A DNA stretch of 64,000 nucleotides from Bispira polyomma (GCA_965649765.1 OZ287751.1:66650001-66714000), one strand, 5' to 3'. Positions 38,723-53,364 are shown, counted from the stretch's first letter. Numbers and translations: made by a program. The notes: generated from the sequence alone by a model not told the origin.

Positions 38723-39192
38723 AGGGCTTTACAAACGATGACTACACGACACTACACTTTAGGTGAAGACACGACACTGCACAACAGTTATATACACACA
38801 CCAAACACAAAACACACCACACTGCATAATCTATATAAAATACAGTAGAACCTCTATTATCTGAATATTCAATTTTAGGGACTCAATTTGACTCTCCCAA
38901 ACTTAATTTACTATGTTTCATACTAAAATGCCACTTCTATTTTACGGACCTTCTATTATGCAAACAAATTCTCACTCTCCCAAGATGTCCATAAAATATA
39001 GGTTCTACTGTACATCTTCACAGCCATGAGGGGGGGGAGGGGGGCATGTATAGCTGGTCTTCTAAGATTTATCGAGGTTAAATTGCAGTGTGTTGTGTCT
39101 GGGCCAATGTGTGTATAATCAGTACATATTTCTTTATTTAATGTTATTGTAGTGTCGTGTTGTGTCTTGTAGTAGGCAGCTTGTAAGGCTCT
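38723..39192. mobile_element. PIF/Harbinger-like MITE with a nested pogo MITE
   Basis: TAA on both flanks. Imperfect TIRs AGGGCTTTACAA and TTGTAAGGCTCT, with inverted CACGACACTACA arms. Confidence 0.6.
38843..39010. mobile_element. pogo/Tigger-like MITE, copy 2
   Basis: TA-CAGTAGAACCTCTATT...ATAGGTTCTACTG-TA. The interior matches 14872-15056. Confidence 0.85.
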
Positions 39193-40364
39193 TAATTTAT
39201 TATGACTTATGTATTCTATCTGCAAAGTAGGTGCTATTTGAACCTAGTGTCCATTCGTTGATTTAAACATAATATCCTAACCCGATTTGCATGCATATTC
39301 GGTGGGGGATTGGAGGGGCCTGAGCCAGAAAATAATCCATTTAATTCGGGAGTTGATCTGTATAGAAGGACGCATATTGGAGTGTTATTTCTCACCTTTT
39401 GGCACTGTGGCACCTTGACAGAGGGTATGTAATTTACCTGTTTTGATCGAACCCAGGTCCTCCGTCTTCCTTATAGAGAGTATGCCACCGAGCAAGCAAA
39501 GTAGCCTGATATGAACTATTTATCACCACTTCTATCATGTACTGACGGTATGACCCCAAAATAACTAAACTATTGGGATATTTTTACAATAGTATATAAT
39601 TGTTATCAAAAATACATGTTTTGTCGCATTTAAGGTTAAGATATATATAAGGTTAAGATGCCAATATATTACTCTTTCAACTTATATGAAAATATAAGGG
39701 TCTTGTAAAAATAAAGCAATGCAGAACAATAAAGTTCTATAAAACAATGACATGATATTTCATTTAAATGTAAATGACCTAATTATACTTGATGCTTGTT
39801 TGATACAGCTTTATAACTATGGGTCTTATTAGAATATACATTCTGATTTCTTAATAGATAAAAGTTGCCTATCATACAGGTTTTACTTGAAAATTGTCAC
39901 ACTATATAATATTTTGGTACTAAAGGTTTTTTGTCATGTGATGATTTTCTCTTCATTTACGAATGTATCCTGTTGCAGAATACAGATTTAGCCGGGATTC
40001 AATTCAGCCATGCCTGTTTCGACAAATCAAGATCGATCTAAAATGGAAACTGTGACAAAATTGTGACAAATACAAAAAAAAAAAAAAAAAAGAAACAAGC
40101 TTTATCATGCATGTTGCACTCTTATTAGCAAGCACCAAATTAGTGTTTCATTTATTTGTTATTTTGTAGCTTACACAGACAAGCTTACTCTGATGCCATT
40201 GATGTCATTATGCAAATACTTGACTCTGGTTTCCACTGTCTCCGGTACCAGAAACTACTAACATCCTTTGTGTTTTATTTCTCACTCAATAGCCTTTCCT
40301 TGGCTTTATTATTTAAGCACCTTTCGATAGTAAACAAATTGGAATGTGAATTTAGTTGGGTTTG

Positions 40365-40610
40365 GCCTCACTTTCAACAGTTTATGTCATATTACAAGGG
40401 TCATATTCAATGGTGGAAGAAACAAATTCTGAAGCACTGTATATGACCATCCTATGGCACTTATTTCATAAACTTTCCCATCAAATATTGTACAAATGTT
40501 CCCGCAATATGGAACAAACGGGATTTGAACCCACACTGTTAGTTTGAACCCACACACCGGCTAGTGTTGGTGAAGTAGACACTTCTAACAAATAAGGTCA
40601 CCGCGCCTCC
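40365..40610 (-). mobile_element. Older tRNA-SINE (family B)
   Basis: CACTTTCAACAG tail and GGATTTGAACCCAC B box. Confidence 0.6.
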
Positions 40611-40737
40611 TCAATAGCAAACAAGACTATTAAATATTGTACTGATCAACCACCGTGGATATGTGTGTTAAAACACCTTACCTGTGCTTTTGTTGGAGGA
40701 TGCTGAAGGAATTGTGTGAAAGGTTGTGGTGTATCAC

Positions 40738-40905
40738 ATCTTTTGCAGCTCTGTTGGGTCCTAACTCGGCTCAGAAATTGCTCTATTTCTTACTATAAAA
40801 AAAGAAAGAAATTTCTTACCATAAAAAAAAAGAAATTTTACCCGTTATTTATGTCTTTTGTTTTAGATGATAAACATTGGCTAAATATCACATTATCTCT
40901 TACTG
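40738..40905. repeat. Dispersed repeat also present at ~57980-58130
   Basis: Shared TTTTGCAGCTCT..GGGTCCTAACTCGGCTCAGAAATTGCTCT..TTCTTAC and GATAAACATTGGCTAAA. Confidence 0.75.
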
Positions 40906-42883
40906 TTTTCAAGATATTTTTCATTTTATAAAAATCATGAGAATTCAAAATTTTGAGAATTTGGACATTTCAAAATTGGCCTATATATTACACGACTGCT
41001 ATCCTAGTAGGTTAAAAATTGGCTCTAAATCGCCTTATCCCCTACCATTTTTGAGATGCCCATCACTTTATAAAAATCCCCCTAAATTGTTTCATGTGAC
41101 CTGAACATTTATTAGTTTTACCTGAAAGTCATCAAAGGCAGTCTTTATATCAAATTTGCAGACTCTAGCTCAAGTAATTTGGCTGTTAATGATCATAGAC
41201 TATTCTTATCAACATGGCTGCCATTTTGTTTTTCGGATTAGATGCAGAACCTGCATCATGCATTGTACCAACATGATAAATAGGACCATTTTATGTCAAA
41301 CAGTTTGGCTAAAATTATATAAATGTTACAAATGGAGGAACAGACTAACATATGAAGTGGTCTAAGGGACACACGAAAAAGGTTTAATTTTTATATCCCC
41401 CGACATCATTTTAAAATCAAAGAATAACATTGTAGCTATGTTTTCTGCTGTTAAGTGATCACTTGGTAATTATCCTTCTGACCAAGTATGTTTAATAATT
41501 CAATGATTCCTTTCAGCCTGCTAGCAAGGCTAATTTATATTATTAACTGATTGGTAAATGGGGGAGTGGATGTGTGATCGTAATTCACTGGAGTTTTGTC
41601 AGTAGGCGTAAAATTTCTATGGTTTGTTAAATTATTAAGAAGACGCAGAAATGTGAATTGATCATTTGTACCCCGTTTTAGTTTTGTTTAGACAACAAAA
41701 ACAACAGCAATGATATCTGTATGAAACACTATATTCAATAACAGACCACCTCTCCATTAAGAGCAGCCTATTAAATCTCGGTTGACCCAAAGTATGCCAA
41801 ACACTCATGCACCTTCTCTGTGAAGAGAATCCCTGATAACTGCTCACCAATTAAATTTACTGGAGGGAGGAAAATTATCTAACCACACTCTAATTTACCC
41901 ATCAAAGTAAAAAAAGTATATACCCACTGCTGTTAATGTTTAAGATTTTTGTCATTAATTTAAAAAAAAAAAGGTTTAATTGGATTAATCTTTATTTTAA
42001 TGGACTTTTATTTCTGAGACACCATCAATTTTAGAAAGGTTTTCATTGTTTAATCTTTCAAAAGAATGTAAAAGTTCTTGGGATGTACATGCGAATAAAT
42101 CACCTTTAATGACATTTGGTTTCTACTCTGGATTAGTAATTTATTTTATTAATATTATTATTTTTTTCTTGCACTCAAACTGCTTAAATATGAACAATAT
42201 CACAATTACAGGCTATGTGTGCAATGAACACACGAGTTGTGTTTTAACGAAAACAATTAAAAATAAAATATAACTTAAAATTTTAAATTAGAATTTTACA
42301 AAAAGTACAGATATTTCATTTACACATAAGACCAGTCTATGAAACTGCTCTTGATTATTGCAATCAAGACGAAAACAATGAAGGGTAAATGATTCAATAT
42401 TCAATGTGAAAGTAGTGTATATTAGATGTTTTCATTCAATGCAATAAAAAGTATTACTTCTTAAAAGCTCTTTGCTTTGGTGTGGATAAAGTTTATGTTG
42501 GTGGGCAGTTTTATCCCCAGTAAATTTAGGTACTGGCCAGTTATTGCTATACCCTATGAAGACCACTATTTCGCCTTACTCTTGCATATCTTACCATCCA
42601 TAACAGCCAAGTTGTGCTAGTTTTGCAAACATTAAATTATGGCCAAGAATTGTATACTCAACACACCTCACTACAATATTTTATTTAGACGTTACCATTT
42701 TTAGAGGCAAGCTGTGTATAAAAAAGTAAACTTAATAATTTCTCCAGTTACAGAGTTTAGAATTTTTAAAAAAGGACTCAACTTTAATTAATTGACATCT
42801 TGATGTGTTGATATATGGGTGAAATCGAGGGCTAATTAATATTTATTGCCTTTATATTTTTTCATTCTGTTGAAGTGCATGAA

Positions 42884-43298
42884 TACCGAAGCCTATAGAG
42901 ATCAAACCTAAAAAACATTTTATCTTGTAATTACGAGATAGTGTTATGTCGTAATTACGACATAACCTTATGTCGTAATTTCAACATAACCTTATGTTGT
43001 AATTTCAACATAACACTATCTCGTAATTTCAACATAAGGAAATCTTTCTCCATAATAGAAATTCCATCCGAAAATGTAGGATTTTTTATTTATCTTTTTT
43101 ATTTATTAAATCAACACAGATGTTGTAATCATGAGAAAGCCTCATCTCTTAGATACAAAACAGTCTTATGTTGAAATTACAAGACAGCCTTATGTTGAAA
43201 TTACAACATACGGTTATGTCGTAATTACGACATAGTGCTATCTCGTAATTATGAGATAATTGTTTTTTTTTCTTATATGACCTGTATAGGCTTCTGTA
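42884..43298. mobile_element. Non-autonomous TIR element with TAC..GTA ends and a 6-bp TSD (IS3EU-like)
   Basis: TACCGAAGCCTATA and TATAGGCTTCTGTA termini. CATGAA at 42878-42883 and 43299-43304. Arms consist of 24-bp self-complementary units TTATGTCGTAATTACGACATAACC. Confidence 0.75.
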
Positions 43299-44676
43299 CA
43301 TGAATCAGTATTTCACTTGGGAGAAGTACCCAAAGACAAACCCTCTCCTCAATAAAGGCCCTCCAGTTTTTCACGGATGTGGATACAGATAAGGATAAGT
43401 GTAGTCATAAAGTGTAGATATGGATGTGAATACAGGTGTGGTATATGGATACTGATAACAGTCCAGCTGGAGACCAGGAGATGTAAATAACACAGGAGAT
43501 GTGAGTAACACACAAGCAATGCGGATATATGTATATAAATTTATTTACACCACTCTACATTTGTTTACACACCAATTTGAGTTAAATTGATAGTTAAGTT
43601 GACCTTAACTATTATTAGTCAAAGGTAACCTTTAGGAAAGCCAGGCTTATGTATTTACGTTTGACTTAAAGTTTGGAATGAGTACCCCGTCGAAATTTCT
43701 AATTTGGAAATGATTTATAATTACCTGAAACCTTAAGGTTAACTGTTATATCGCTCTCTCCCCCCCCCCCCCCCCCCTTAGTAATTTATATTGTCTATCC
43801 CCAATGTATTAGTCACTACGGTAAAGAGAATGACACGTCAGTCGCTAAAAATGAAAGCGTCACTCTAAATCTATAACCCAAATTTGTTTTACTGATTGAT
43901 CTTCAATCAGAATACTGGCCATTGCTATATTTTCTTAATTTTTCTTATTATACTGTAGAAGTTGAGGAGGTAACAGGTGTTTTTTGTTGTTTTGTTTCAA
44001 TGTGTGAATGGTAAAGTGCAAAAGGAACTTAATATATACTGGTTTCATTGATGTAAATAGTTCTACCTATTGGTAATTTGACAAATGATTATGTTTATCA
44101 AGTCTATTAATAAAACTAAATATTTTTTGGATTCATAAAGATTAAAGTGAAAATGGACCTGATTTACACTGGTTTCTTACGTGTAAATGTTTTATTTTTA
44201 TTGGGTTCATCAAGACTGATTATGAAAATTATATGTTCTGGGTTTATATTATATGTTTAGGTGTGACCATTTATTTTACATAATCTTTGTGTGATTTTAT
44301 ATTATACATTGTGTATTGCATTCCCCAAAAATTATACTTAAAATTTTTTTGTGTACAGATTTTAATACTTAACTTGTCAATAAAATATCTCAAGCTGTAT
44401 TTGACCTCACCTGATTTTCTGTCTTGCATTGACCTTCACATGACCTTACCTCATCCGACTGTAAACATCTACACAATTTAAAACAAAGTAGGGGTCACGA
44501 TATTAAATTATTTCTTTTATATAATTTACACGTCTAACACAGTTATCTGATTTTCTTGCGGTAACCGACCATTTCTCTAAAAATGTAATATATAACAATT
44601 TAATCAATTATCCTGGATACTACAACTTCCCAAATTGGACCTCAAAGAGTGGTTCTCCATTGAAAAAAATGTATAA

Positions 44677-45236
44677 GCCTAGGCTTCCTTGTAGTACATT
44701 CCGGGGGGCCGCCGTGACCTAGTGATTAGCAAGCATTGCGCTTCACAATTACTAGTGTCTCACCTCTGGGCGGTGCGAGTTCGAATCCTGTCGATGCCTA
44801 TGTGGGAAAAGTGGTAGTTTCTCGACCGTGGGTCGCTGGTTTCAGTGCAGAACCTTGATCAACTGTATGCAATGTTTCCTCCAGCGTTTTCAACTACCCA
44901 TCCCAATATAACATAAACAGGTACTAGAGTGGACGTAAAATATTCAAATTCAGCACATTCCGACGTCGGCAGATTTGTATGTGTCCGGTCCAAACTGACG
45001 TCGGCCGATGTAGCGCTTCCTTTAAACAGATATATGGTAACTTTTATTAAAATATTGGACCTCCCTCCCAATTTTTCCCCTCCCTGACTGATAAAATATT
45101 TAGGCAACAGACGTCGACCGACGTCTGTTCTGATTTGATGCAAATATGCTAAAAGGAAGCACTGGGTAGTATTGTGTAATGAGCGAAAAAATCAGTCGTC
45201 GTCGGCCGAGAAAAACATGCTGAAAGAAGCGTAGGC
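44677..45236. mobile_element. PIF/Harbinger-like MITE carrying a nested SINE
   Basis: TAA-GCCTAGGCTTCC...GAAGCGTAGGC-TAA. Same family as 59281-59382. Confidence 0.8.
44703..44951 (+). mobile_element. SINE family A, full length
   Basis: Matches 16279-16537. Imperfect TSD AG(T/C)ACATTCCG. Confidence 0.9.
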
Positions 45237-45967
45237 TAACACTGTAGTTTTTTGGTTGGCTCTTTCTGTATTGGTACACATATGCAATTTGTATACCTAT
45301 AAATATACACTGACATTTTGCATTTCAGGTATAGAATAACATGAAAAGGGGTTTGGAGGGAGGGTGTTAAGACCAGAAAATCCCACAAAACAAAAATGTA
45401 GAAACTACATTATTTGTCAGTAAGTTGATTCAATCCATATCACATGTCTATTTTCTTATATTAATTGAATTTACCAAGACACGGGGCAATTCATAAAGCA
45501 TTGCTTTCCGACAAATAAAAGTGAAACGCAGCAGTGAAGAAAAATATGTCCTCTTATTAAATTGACTGTTATTTTTTGGAGCATCTGGTTATAGATAACC
45601 CATTACAAGACTTAAATACCTTGCCTAACGACAATAAACTGAATCATCACGAGCATATGTTTTAAGAGTTCATTAATTAATTTCAGAGAACCAAACTAGA
45701 ATACAATATTTTTAGAAACTTGATCTAGCTTTGCACTGACAAGAAAAGTTTTTCTTTGCTTCCATGGTACAATAATGGCATTAATAGCTAGACTGGCACT
45801 GAGTAGAGTGCATACCTTCACGAGGCCCTCAATGTTCAAAGCAAGCGAGAAACATTCCTACATGTGCTTCTGTTTACTCATATTTGTTTCAAACCATAGA
45901 TTTTTGCTTAAACAAACTTTCTTGTACATTGGTTGACTAGCTTTTGGTGTAAGGCTGGTGGCAAGCA

Positions 45968-48635
45968 CAATGGACAAAGGAGATACAGATACCACTGGAC
46001 AAAGGGGACACAGAGATTCAAACAAATCAGCCAATGGACAAAGATGACACAAAGATTTAAACAAACCGACCAATGGACAAAGGGGACACAGAGATTTAAA
46101 CAAACAAACCAATGGACAAAGGGGACACAGAGATTTAAACAAACAAACCAATACACAAAAGGGACACAGAGATTCAAACAAACCAACCAATGGAAAAAGG
46201 GGACACAGGGATTTAACAAACCAACCACTGGACATAGGGGACACAAAGATTCAAACAAACCAAAAAAATGGACAATAGGGGATACAGATACCACTGGACA
46301 AAGGGGACACAGAGATTCAAACAAATCAATCAATGGACAAAGAGGGCACAAAGATTTAAACAAACAAACCAATGAACAAAAGGGATACATACATTCAAAC
46401 AAACCAACCAATGGACAAAGGGGACACAGAGATTTAAAACAAACCAACCAATGCACAAAGGGGATACAGATACCACTGGAAAAAGGGGACACAAAGATTC
46501 AAACAAATCAACCAATGGACAAAAGGGATACAGAGATTCAAACAAGCCAACCAATGGAACAAAGGAAATATAGATGCCACTGGACAAAGGGGACACAAAG
46601 ATTCAAACAAATCAACCAATGGACAAAAGGGATACAGAGATTTAAACAAACCAACCAATGGACAAAGGAGACACAGAGATTTAAACAAACCAGCCAATGG
46701 ACAAAGGGGACACAGAGATTTAAACAAACCAACCACTGGACAAAAGGGACACAGAGATTTAAACAAACCAACCACTGGACAAAGGGGACACAGAGATTTA
46801 AACAAACCAACCAATGGACAAAGGGGACACAGAGATTCAAACAAACCAACCAATGGAAAAAGGGGACACAGGGATTTAACAAACCAACCACTGGACATAG
46901 GGGACACAAAGATTCAAACAAACCAAAAAAATGGACAATAGGGGATACAGATACCACTGGACAAAGGGGAAACAGAGATTCAAACAAATCAATCAATGGA
47001 CAAAGAGGGCACAAAGATTTAAACAAACAAACCAATGAACAAAGGGATACATACATTCAAACAAACCAACCAATGGACAAAGGGGACACAGAGATTTAAA
47101 ACAAACCAACCAATGCACAAAGGGGATACAGATACCACTGGAAAAAGGGGACACAAAGATTCAAACAAATCAACCAATGGACAAAAGGGATACAGAGATT
47201 CAAACAAGCCAACCAATGGAACAAAGGAAATATAGATGCCACTGGACAAAGGGGACACAAAGATTCAAACAAATCAACCAATGGACAAAAGGGATACAGA
47301 GATTTAAACAAACCAACCAATGGACAAAGGAGACACAGATATTTAAACAAACCAGCCACTGGACAAAGGGGACACAGAGATTTAAACAAACCAACCAATG
47401 GACAAAAGGGACACAGAGATTTAAACAAACCAACCACTGGACAAAGGGGACACAGAGATTTAAACAAACCAACCAATGGGCAAAGGGGACACAGAGATTC
47501 AAACAAACCAACCAATGGACAAAGGGGACACATAGATTTAACAAATCAACCAATGGGCAAAGGGGACACAGAGATTTAAACAAACCAACCAATGGACAAA
47601 AGGGATACAGATACCACTAGACAAAGGGGACACAGAGATGTAAACAAACCAACCAATGGACAAAGGGGACAGAGAGATTTCACAAACCAACCAATGGACA
47701 AAGGGGACACAGAGATTTAAACAAAATGACCAATGAACAAAGGGGACAGAGGGATTTTAACAAAATAACCAATGAACAAAGGGGACAGAGGGATTTTAAC
47801 AAAATAACCAATGAACAAAGGGGACACAGATACCACTAGACAAAAGGAACACAGAGATTTACACAAACCAACCAATGGACAAAGGGGACAGAGAGATTTA
47901 CACAAACCAACCAATGGACAAAGGGGACAGATAGATTTAAACAAACCAACCAATGAACAAAGGGGACAAAGAGATTTTAACAAAATAACCAATAAACAAA
48001 GAGGATACAGATACCACTGGACAAAAGGGACACAGAGATTTAAACAAACCAACCAATGGACAAAAGGGGATACATATATTTAACAAACCAACCAATGGAC
48101 AAAGGGGACACAGAGATTTAAACAAACCATCCAATGGACAAAGGGGACAAAGAGATTTTAACAAAATAATCAATGAACAAAGAGGATACAGATACCACTG
48201 GACAAAAGGGAAACAGAGATTCAAACCAACCAATGGACAAAGGGGACACAGAGATTTAAACAAACCAACCAATGGACAAAGGGGATACATATATTTAACA
48301 AACCAACCAATGGGCAAAGGGGACAGAGAGATTTACACAAACCAACCAATGGACAAAGGGAACAGATAGATTTAAACAAACCAACCAATGAACAAAGGGG
48401 ACAAAGAGATTTTAACAAAATAACCAATGAACAAAGAGGATACAGATACCACTGGACAAAGGGGACACAGAGATTTAAACCAACCAACCAATGGACAAAA
48501 GGGGATACATATATTTAACAAACCAACCAATGGACAAAGGGGACACAGAGATTTAAACAAACCAACCAATGGACAAAGGGGATACATATATTTAACAAAC
48601 CAACCAATGGGCAAAGGGTACACAGAAATTTTAAA
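45968..48635. repeat. 39-bp satellite with 24-bp variant units
   Basis: Unit ACAAACCAACCAATGGACAAAGGGGACACAGAGATTTAA and variant GGATACAGATACCACTGGACAAAG. It accounts for all ORFs at 45858-48702. Confidence 0.97.
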
Positions 48636-50524
48636 AAACTCTAATATAATAAACTCTTTTATAAACTTGTCAGTCATGTTAAGTTTGAAACATAACATTT
48701 AAATCTACTATTTTCATACAAATACTGGGGACAAATATGTTCAGTATTTGTGTTTGACATAGGAAATATAGCGGAACACAATTTATTTATGATTGAACAA
48801 GTATGGTCAACAAGCATGATCACAGTCAGTTCAAATTAGTAAATACTCAAAACTGATTATGGTAAGTTAGCAATCAGCAAATATTTAAAATATATATTAC
48901 ATCAAATAACTTGATGCGTGTTTGTGGCAGTTCTAGATATATCACCATTGTGTCACATTGAAGTTGGCATGACAGATCTATTGTCAAAAGAGTTTGTTTA
49001 TCCCTTTTTCTCCTACATTGTTGGCTAGGATTTGTTACTCCCAGCACCAATGTCTGTCGGCAGGCAGTCAACACCAGAAATATAATTTTATTTTCCATGA
49101 GTTCCTTGCACTAACAAATTGTTAGTACAGCAGACTGCCCCTTTAAAATAATTTTACGTTAGGCTGTTATTGAATGCTGAAAGGAGTCTGTGATGTATGT
49201 TTTAGTTACTCTATAACCTATTACCAAAAAATTCCCTTCAGTTCCTGGTGATAGATTTCTCTTGGGGTCAAAAGGATTATATAGACAACCTACTGCAAAA
49301 AGCGGAAATGTTAACTGGAACAAACCTCTACAATTTCCCTCATTTCATTAGAATTTTTTATTTGTAACCGTCACTCGCCTTTTCAAGATGAGACATAGAA
49401 CTAAATTTTCACTCAAATTTAATTTTTCCCTGTTCAATCTCATCAAATAATTTTAAGTGATAATTTCTTCTTGCATAAACCGCATACATGCTGACTAATA
49501 TTACAAGTATTGAGAATGACTGTTTTAACAAACATTGAATATTTATTCTATTTGCTCAATGATATTAAAGGTATTGAGAACACAGACAATTTATAGTATT
49601 TCCCTTGTTTTAAAATAATGATCAGTTCATGTATCACTATTCTCAAAAACGCCATCAAGTGCAATAACAAAAGAGGACAATGGATACAGTTACTGTAATG
49701 ATAGCACAAATATACACAGTACATTACACAAACACACATTATCCTGGGAATATAATAAATATTAACCTTGATAATGGTCTCCTTTATACTATAGTGTGAT
49801 ATCACCTGATGTCAAACTATCTCTTTTGAGCTATTTCTGAAAAACATTAACAGTTTATTTTACCCAAAAATAAGACAAGCAGTAAAGTTCCATTGGTGCT
49901 TCCCCTTTGATATTCTGAATAGGGACACTGATCCCATTTTGGTACATATTGTTCCAACATGTTTCCCATAACACGACACACGAGACAATTTCTGCCTTAT
50001 ATCTATTGTGGCTCCTCCCCCTTTGGAATTTTATACTGCACTTGCTAAATCAAACAACTGTAATTAATGTATTTAATGAACTGTTTGATCAGTTGACGCT
50101 TTATTCAGTTTTTAGCAAATGTGTTTTCATTAAAAAGAAACTATCCAACTCAAATACACAAGATTGCTTAATAACTGCCTAATTTTTTTCAGCAAATAAG
50201 GTTTATTTACAAAAAATACCACCCAGCTCAAATACAGTAGATTCCTAAATAACCGCCTGTATTAAATTAGCAACACCCCATAATGTGAATGAAGTTTTGA
50301 TAATCAGTGATTATCATTGAATTATGGAGTATTGTTTGTGCATACTGTGTTAGAAATTTAGAATAATAACCAATGATGGGCTGAACTCCAGCTCTCACAT
50401 TCTAAATCTGAGCCAGAAGTGCTAAAGATCATCCAAGATTATTCCTGGAATACAAATAGTGTTTAGTCAAGAGAAGGGGGTTATATTGACCCAAAGCGGC
50501 ATGCACAGTTTTTAAAAGTATTAT

Positions 50525-50720
50525 TTGGTAGCACAATCATAAAAGCAAAATGGGAGCCTCTCACCAATTTGGGTTTGAATCCCATTTGTTTTGCCATGTA
50601 GAAAAGTTTGTCAGATACTTGCCATAGGTTTACAGTGTTCGAGCACTGGTTTCTTCCACCACTGAATTTGGCTATCACCATATGACCTACACTGTTGACA
50701 GTGACATGAAATGCAACTAA
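50525..50720 (+). mobile_element. Older tRNA-SINE (family B)
   Basis: GGGTTTGAATCCC B box and CATATGACCTACACTGTTGACAGTGAC tail. Confidence 0.6.
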
Positions 50721-51619
50721 AATTACTCCCCCAATACTATGCAAAGTGATGTCAGACTACTATGTTTTCTACTGTTCCTAGTAAGGCACTACATGGTTTG
50801 AGATCATTGATCTGATTCCTCTTTCTGAACATGCATCAAATTTACCCATGCAATGGATAGAATACATCATCACATGACACAAAATAGGAACGTCTTGATC
50901 CTGATTTATGGCTGTGCCGTATTGACAAACTGAATTTATGATTTTGGTTAGTTTTATATAAAAACCATATGGCAAATGGAAACACTCTACAATATATACA
51001 CACAAGACATCAAAGACAAACATATAACTAATAAAATATTTATCAAAAGCAAAAATGTATAAATTTATGGTAAAGTCATTTGCATAAATATGCAAAGAAG
51101 CGTTCCCAGGTAACTCTGTTTGCTTAATTTTATATTTTATCCCAAGGCATTAAACTTAGTCCACAGGAGATTTTTGTCACACAGTGTCACCAATCTATAG
51201 GATTTTAATGTTGTTACAGTCTCTTTGTTTGTATTTGGCTTTAAAGTGCTGCTGTAAAGGTACTATACAGTTCTTGTAAGAATGCATGTGAATTAGTAAA
51301 CACCTCGAGCCATGTATGCCCAATAAAGGAACACTAAATTTGTAACAATAAAAGTTAGATGTGTGCTGGAAACATAGGTTAGAACATTAGAAATATCAAG
51401 ATTGTGTGGAACTAACACCTAGAATTGGTTCCAAACTGCTCTGACTTGTTAAAGGTTTGGCACTTACTTTGCTGCTGTACTATGTGTTATATGCAATGAT
51501 TTGCTGTATTATATTATACTATACTATGTCATGCTATCCCATACCACACCATTCTATTTTACTTTATCGTGTGTGTAAGAGTGGTAAAATTTCAACATTT
51601 CCTTGGCTTTGATTGTGAT

Positions 51620-51935
51620 CCCCAGTAGTTAGAGTGTTGGTCTGCTGATCAAAATGTCCCTGGTTATATTCCCGGTACCACCCGCTAGTTTCATTTTGGG
51701 CGAAAACATCATTGGACAAGATGTGAACACAAGTTTGCCTAGGGGCTTGTTTGACCTCTTAACATGGCAGTCCTCTGTCATTGAATACTATCTCTAGTGG
51801 CAGAGTAGAGATCATTAGATCAACCTAGCCTTGGCGCCAATAGTGGCTGCCCATGAAGAAGCGCATTAGAAATGACCATGTGTTGTATAAGTGCGCTATA
51901 ACAAATGTTCTATTTCATTTTTCATTTCATTTCAA
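51620..51935 (+). mobile_element. tRNA-SINE with L2-type tail, present only in duplicate copy A
   Basis: AGTAGTTAGAGTGTTGG head, GCGCTATACAAATG and (CATTT)n tail. The site is empty near 57360 in copy B. Confidence 0.7.
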
Positions 51936-52591
51936 TTCTGATTCTAGCATGACCAACTAAAATGTACCTACATTTGGTTTTATTTTAAATTATATTACTA
52001 TACTGTGTGGAACTAGTAAAGTAGTCTCAGTTGTTGCAACATTGTAGTCCAAGATTTTACCATACATAACCAATCAGAATCGGCGACACAAGCCTGTCAT
52101 GTTACAAAATGCTTATTATACGATGCATTTCCATACTACACAATGTGACCTCAAACCATTAATATTCTATGCCATATCATACAATAAATTACGATAGCAT
52201 ATCACACAATACCATAGCATTGCATACCGTATTATGCAATATTTTCCCATAGCATACCATATATCACATCATAGCATACGATTCAATGCCCTTCCGTTAT
52301 ATACTACATTTATGTAAATTAATTTTCAATGCAGCTCTGTTGCCTGCATTGTGGGTTACCACAGTTATGTCACAATTTCTGTCTGAATACTGGCTAGATA
52401 TAAATCCATGATCTGCAGCGACAAATTCATTCAATTATTCACAAAGGATAATGTAATCTCCATTCTTTGGACATCATATGAAATACATTTACAGACAAAT
52501 GTGACACATATATATTTTTACATTCTGCCACCTACTCCTGAAAAGGCGCTATACATCTTTGAAGTTTGACACAAAGAAATAGATTTCCTAA

Positions 52592-53360
52592 TGCCCTGGT
52601 CACACCTACACGTTCTATAGCTACGTTTGTGTGACGTTGTGTTAATTTTGGAAATGTTTTGAAACTAAGTAGTAAGTGGGGATCCCTTCTGTGATATATC
52701 GTCTCGTTACGCTGTGCGACGATGATATCGTTTCGGAAACATCTCATTTTGTCACAGCTCTCGTTTCTTCCCGAATGCTACATTCATCTCTGTTTGTCTC
52801 GAACGTTTCCGAAAGTAGCATAAACGTTTCAGTAAGTGGCTCTCTGTAGTAGTAGGTAGCGAGGAAGTCCCAGTAAGTAGTGATATTGTCTCCACTCATT
52901 GTATTCGTCGTAGAACGTTTCATTAAGCATCATAATAGCCCAGTCAGACCTACACGTGATGACGTCCTAAAACATAGTAAAGCAATATATCTAAAAATGG
53001 GGTGGTTTCATGTCGAAGTGACGTCATTTTGATGAAGGTGCAGTAGATTGTGACGTTTTGTGATGTTTTTGTGATGATGTTGGTACTTATACACACAGAG
53101 CGGGAGAAAAAATGAAGACTTTACTGGTAGGATATCACTACCTACTACTACCTAGCGCTACTGTACTGCTACTTACGGCTGCGTTCTGGTGCGTTATGAT
53201 GCTTAGTGAAACGTTCCACGACAAATACAGACGAGTGAGACAAACCACTACTTACTGCTACTTTAACGGATGAGTGCAGACGTCCTTGAGAAATGGAGAG
53301 CTCTGTCACGATTATTTCAAACAGACCAAATGGAGACGTTTCCGGAACGATGTCAATCGT
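52592..53360. mobile_element. Harbinger-like foldback element, right end lost
   Basis: Follows TAA and is absent from copy B. 52870-52935 is the reverse complement of ~53193-53258, and ~52722-52750 pairs with ~53328-53355. Confidence 0.65.
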
Positions 53361-53364
53361 CCCT

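Noticed and set aside
45858-48702. Long Cys-rich and WTKGTQRFKQTNQ-repeat ORFs
   Set aside because: These are translations of a 39-bp satellite that is open in several frames on both strands, with frequent frame slips.
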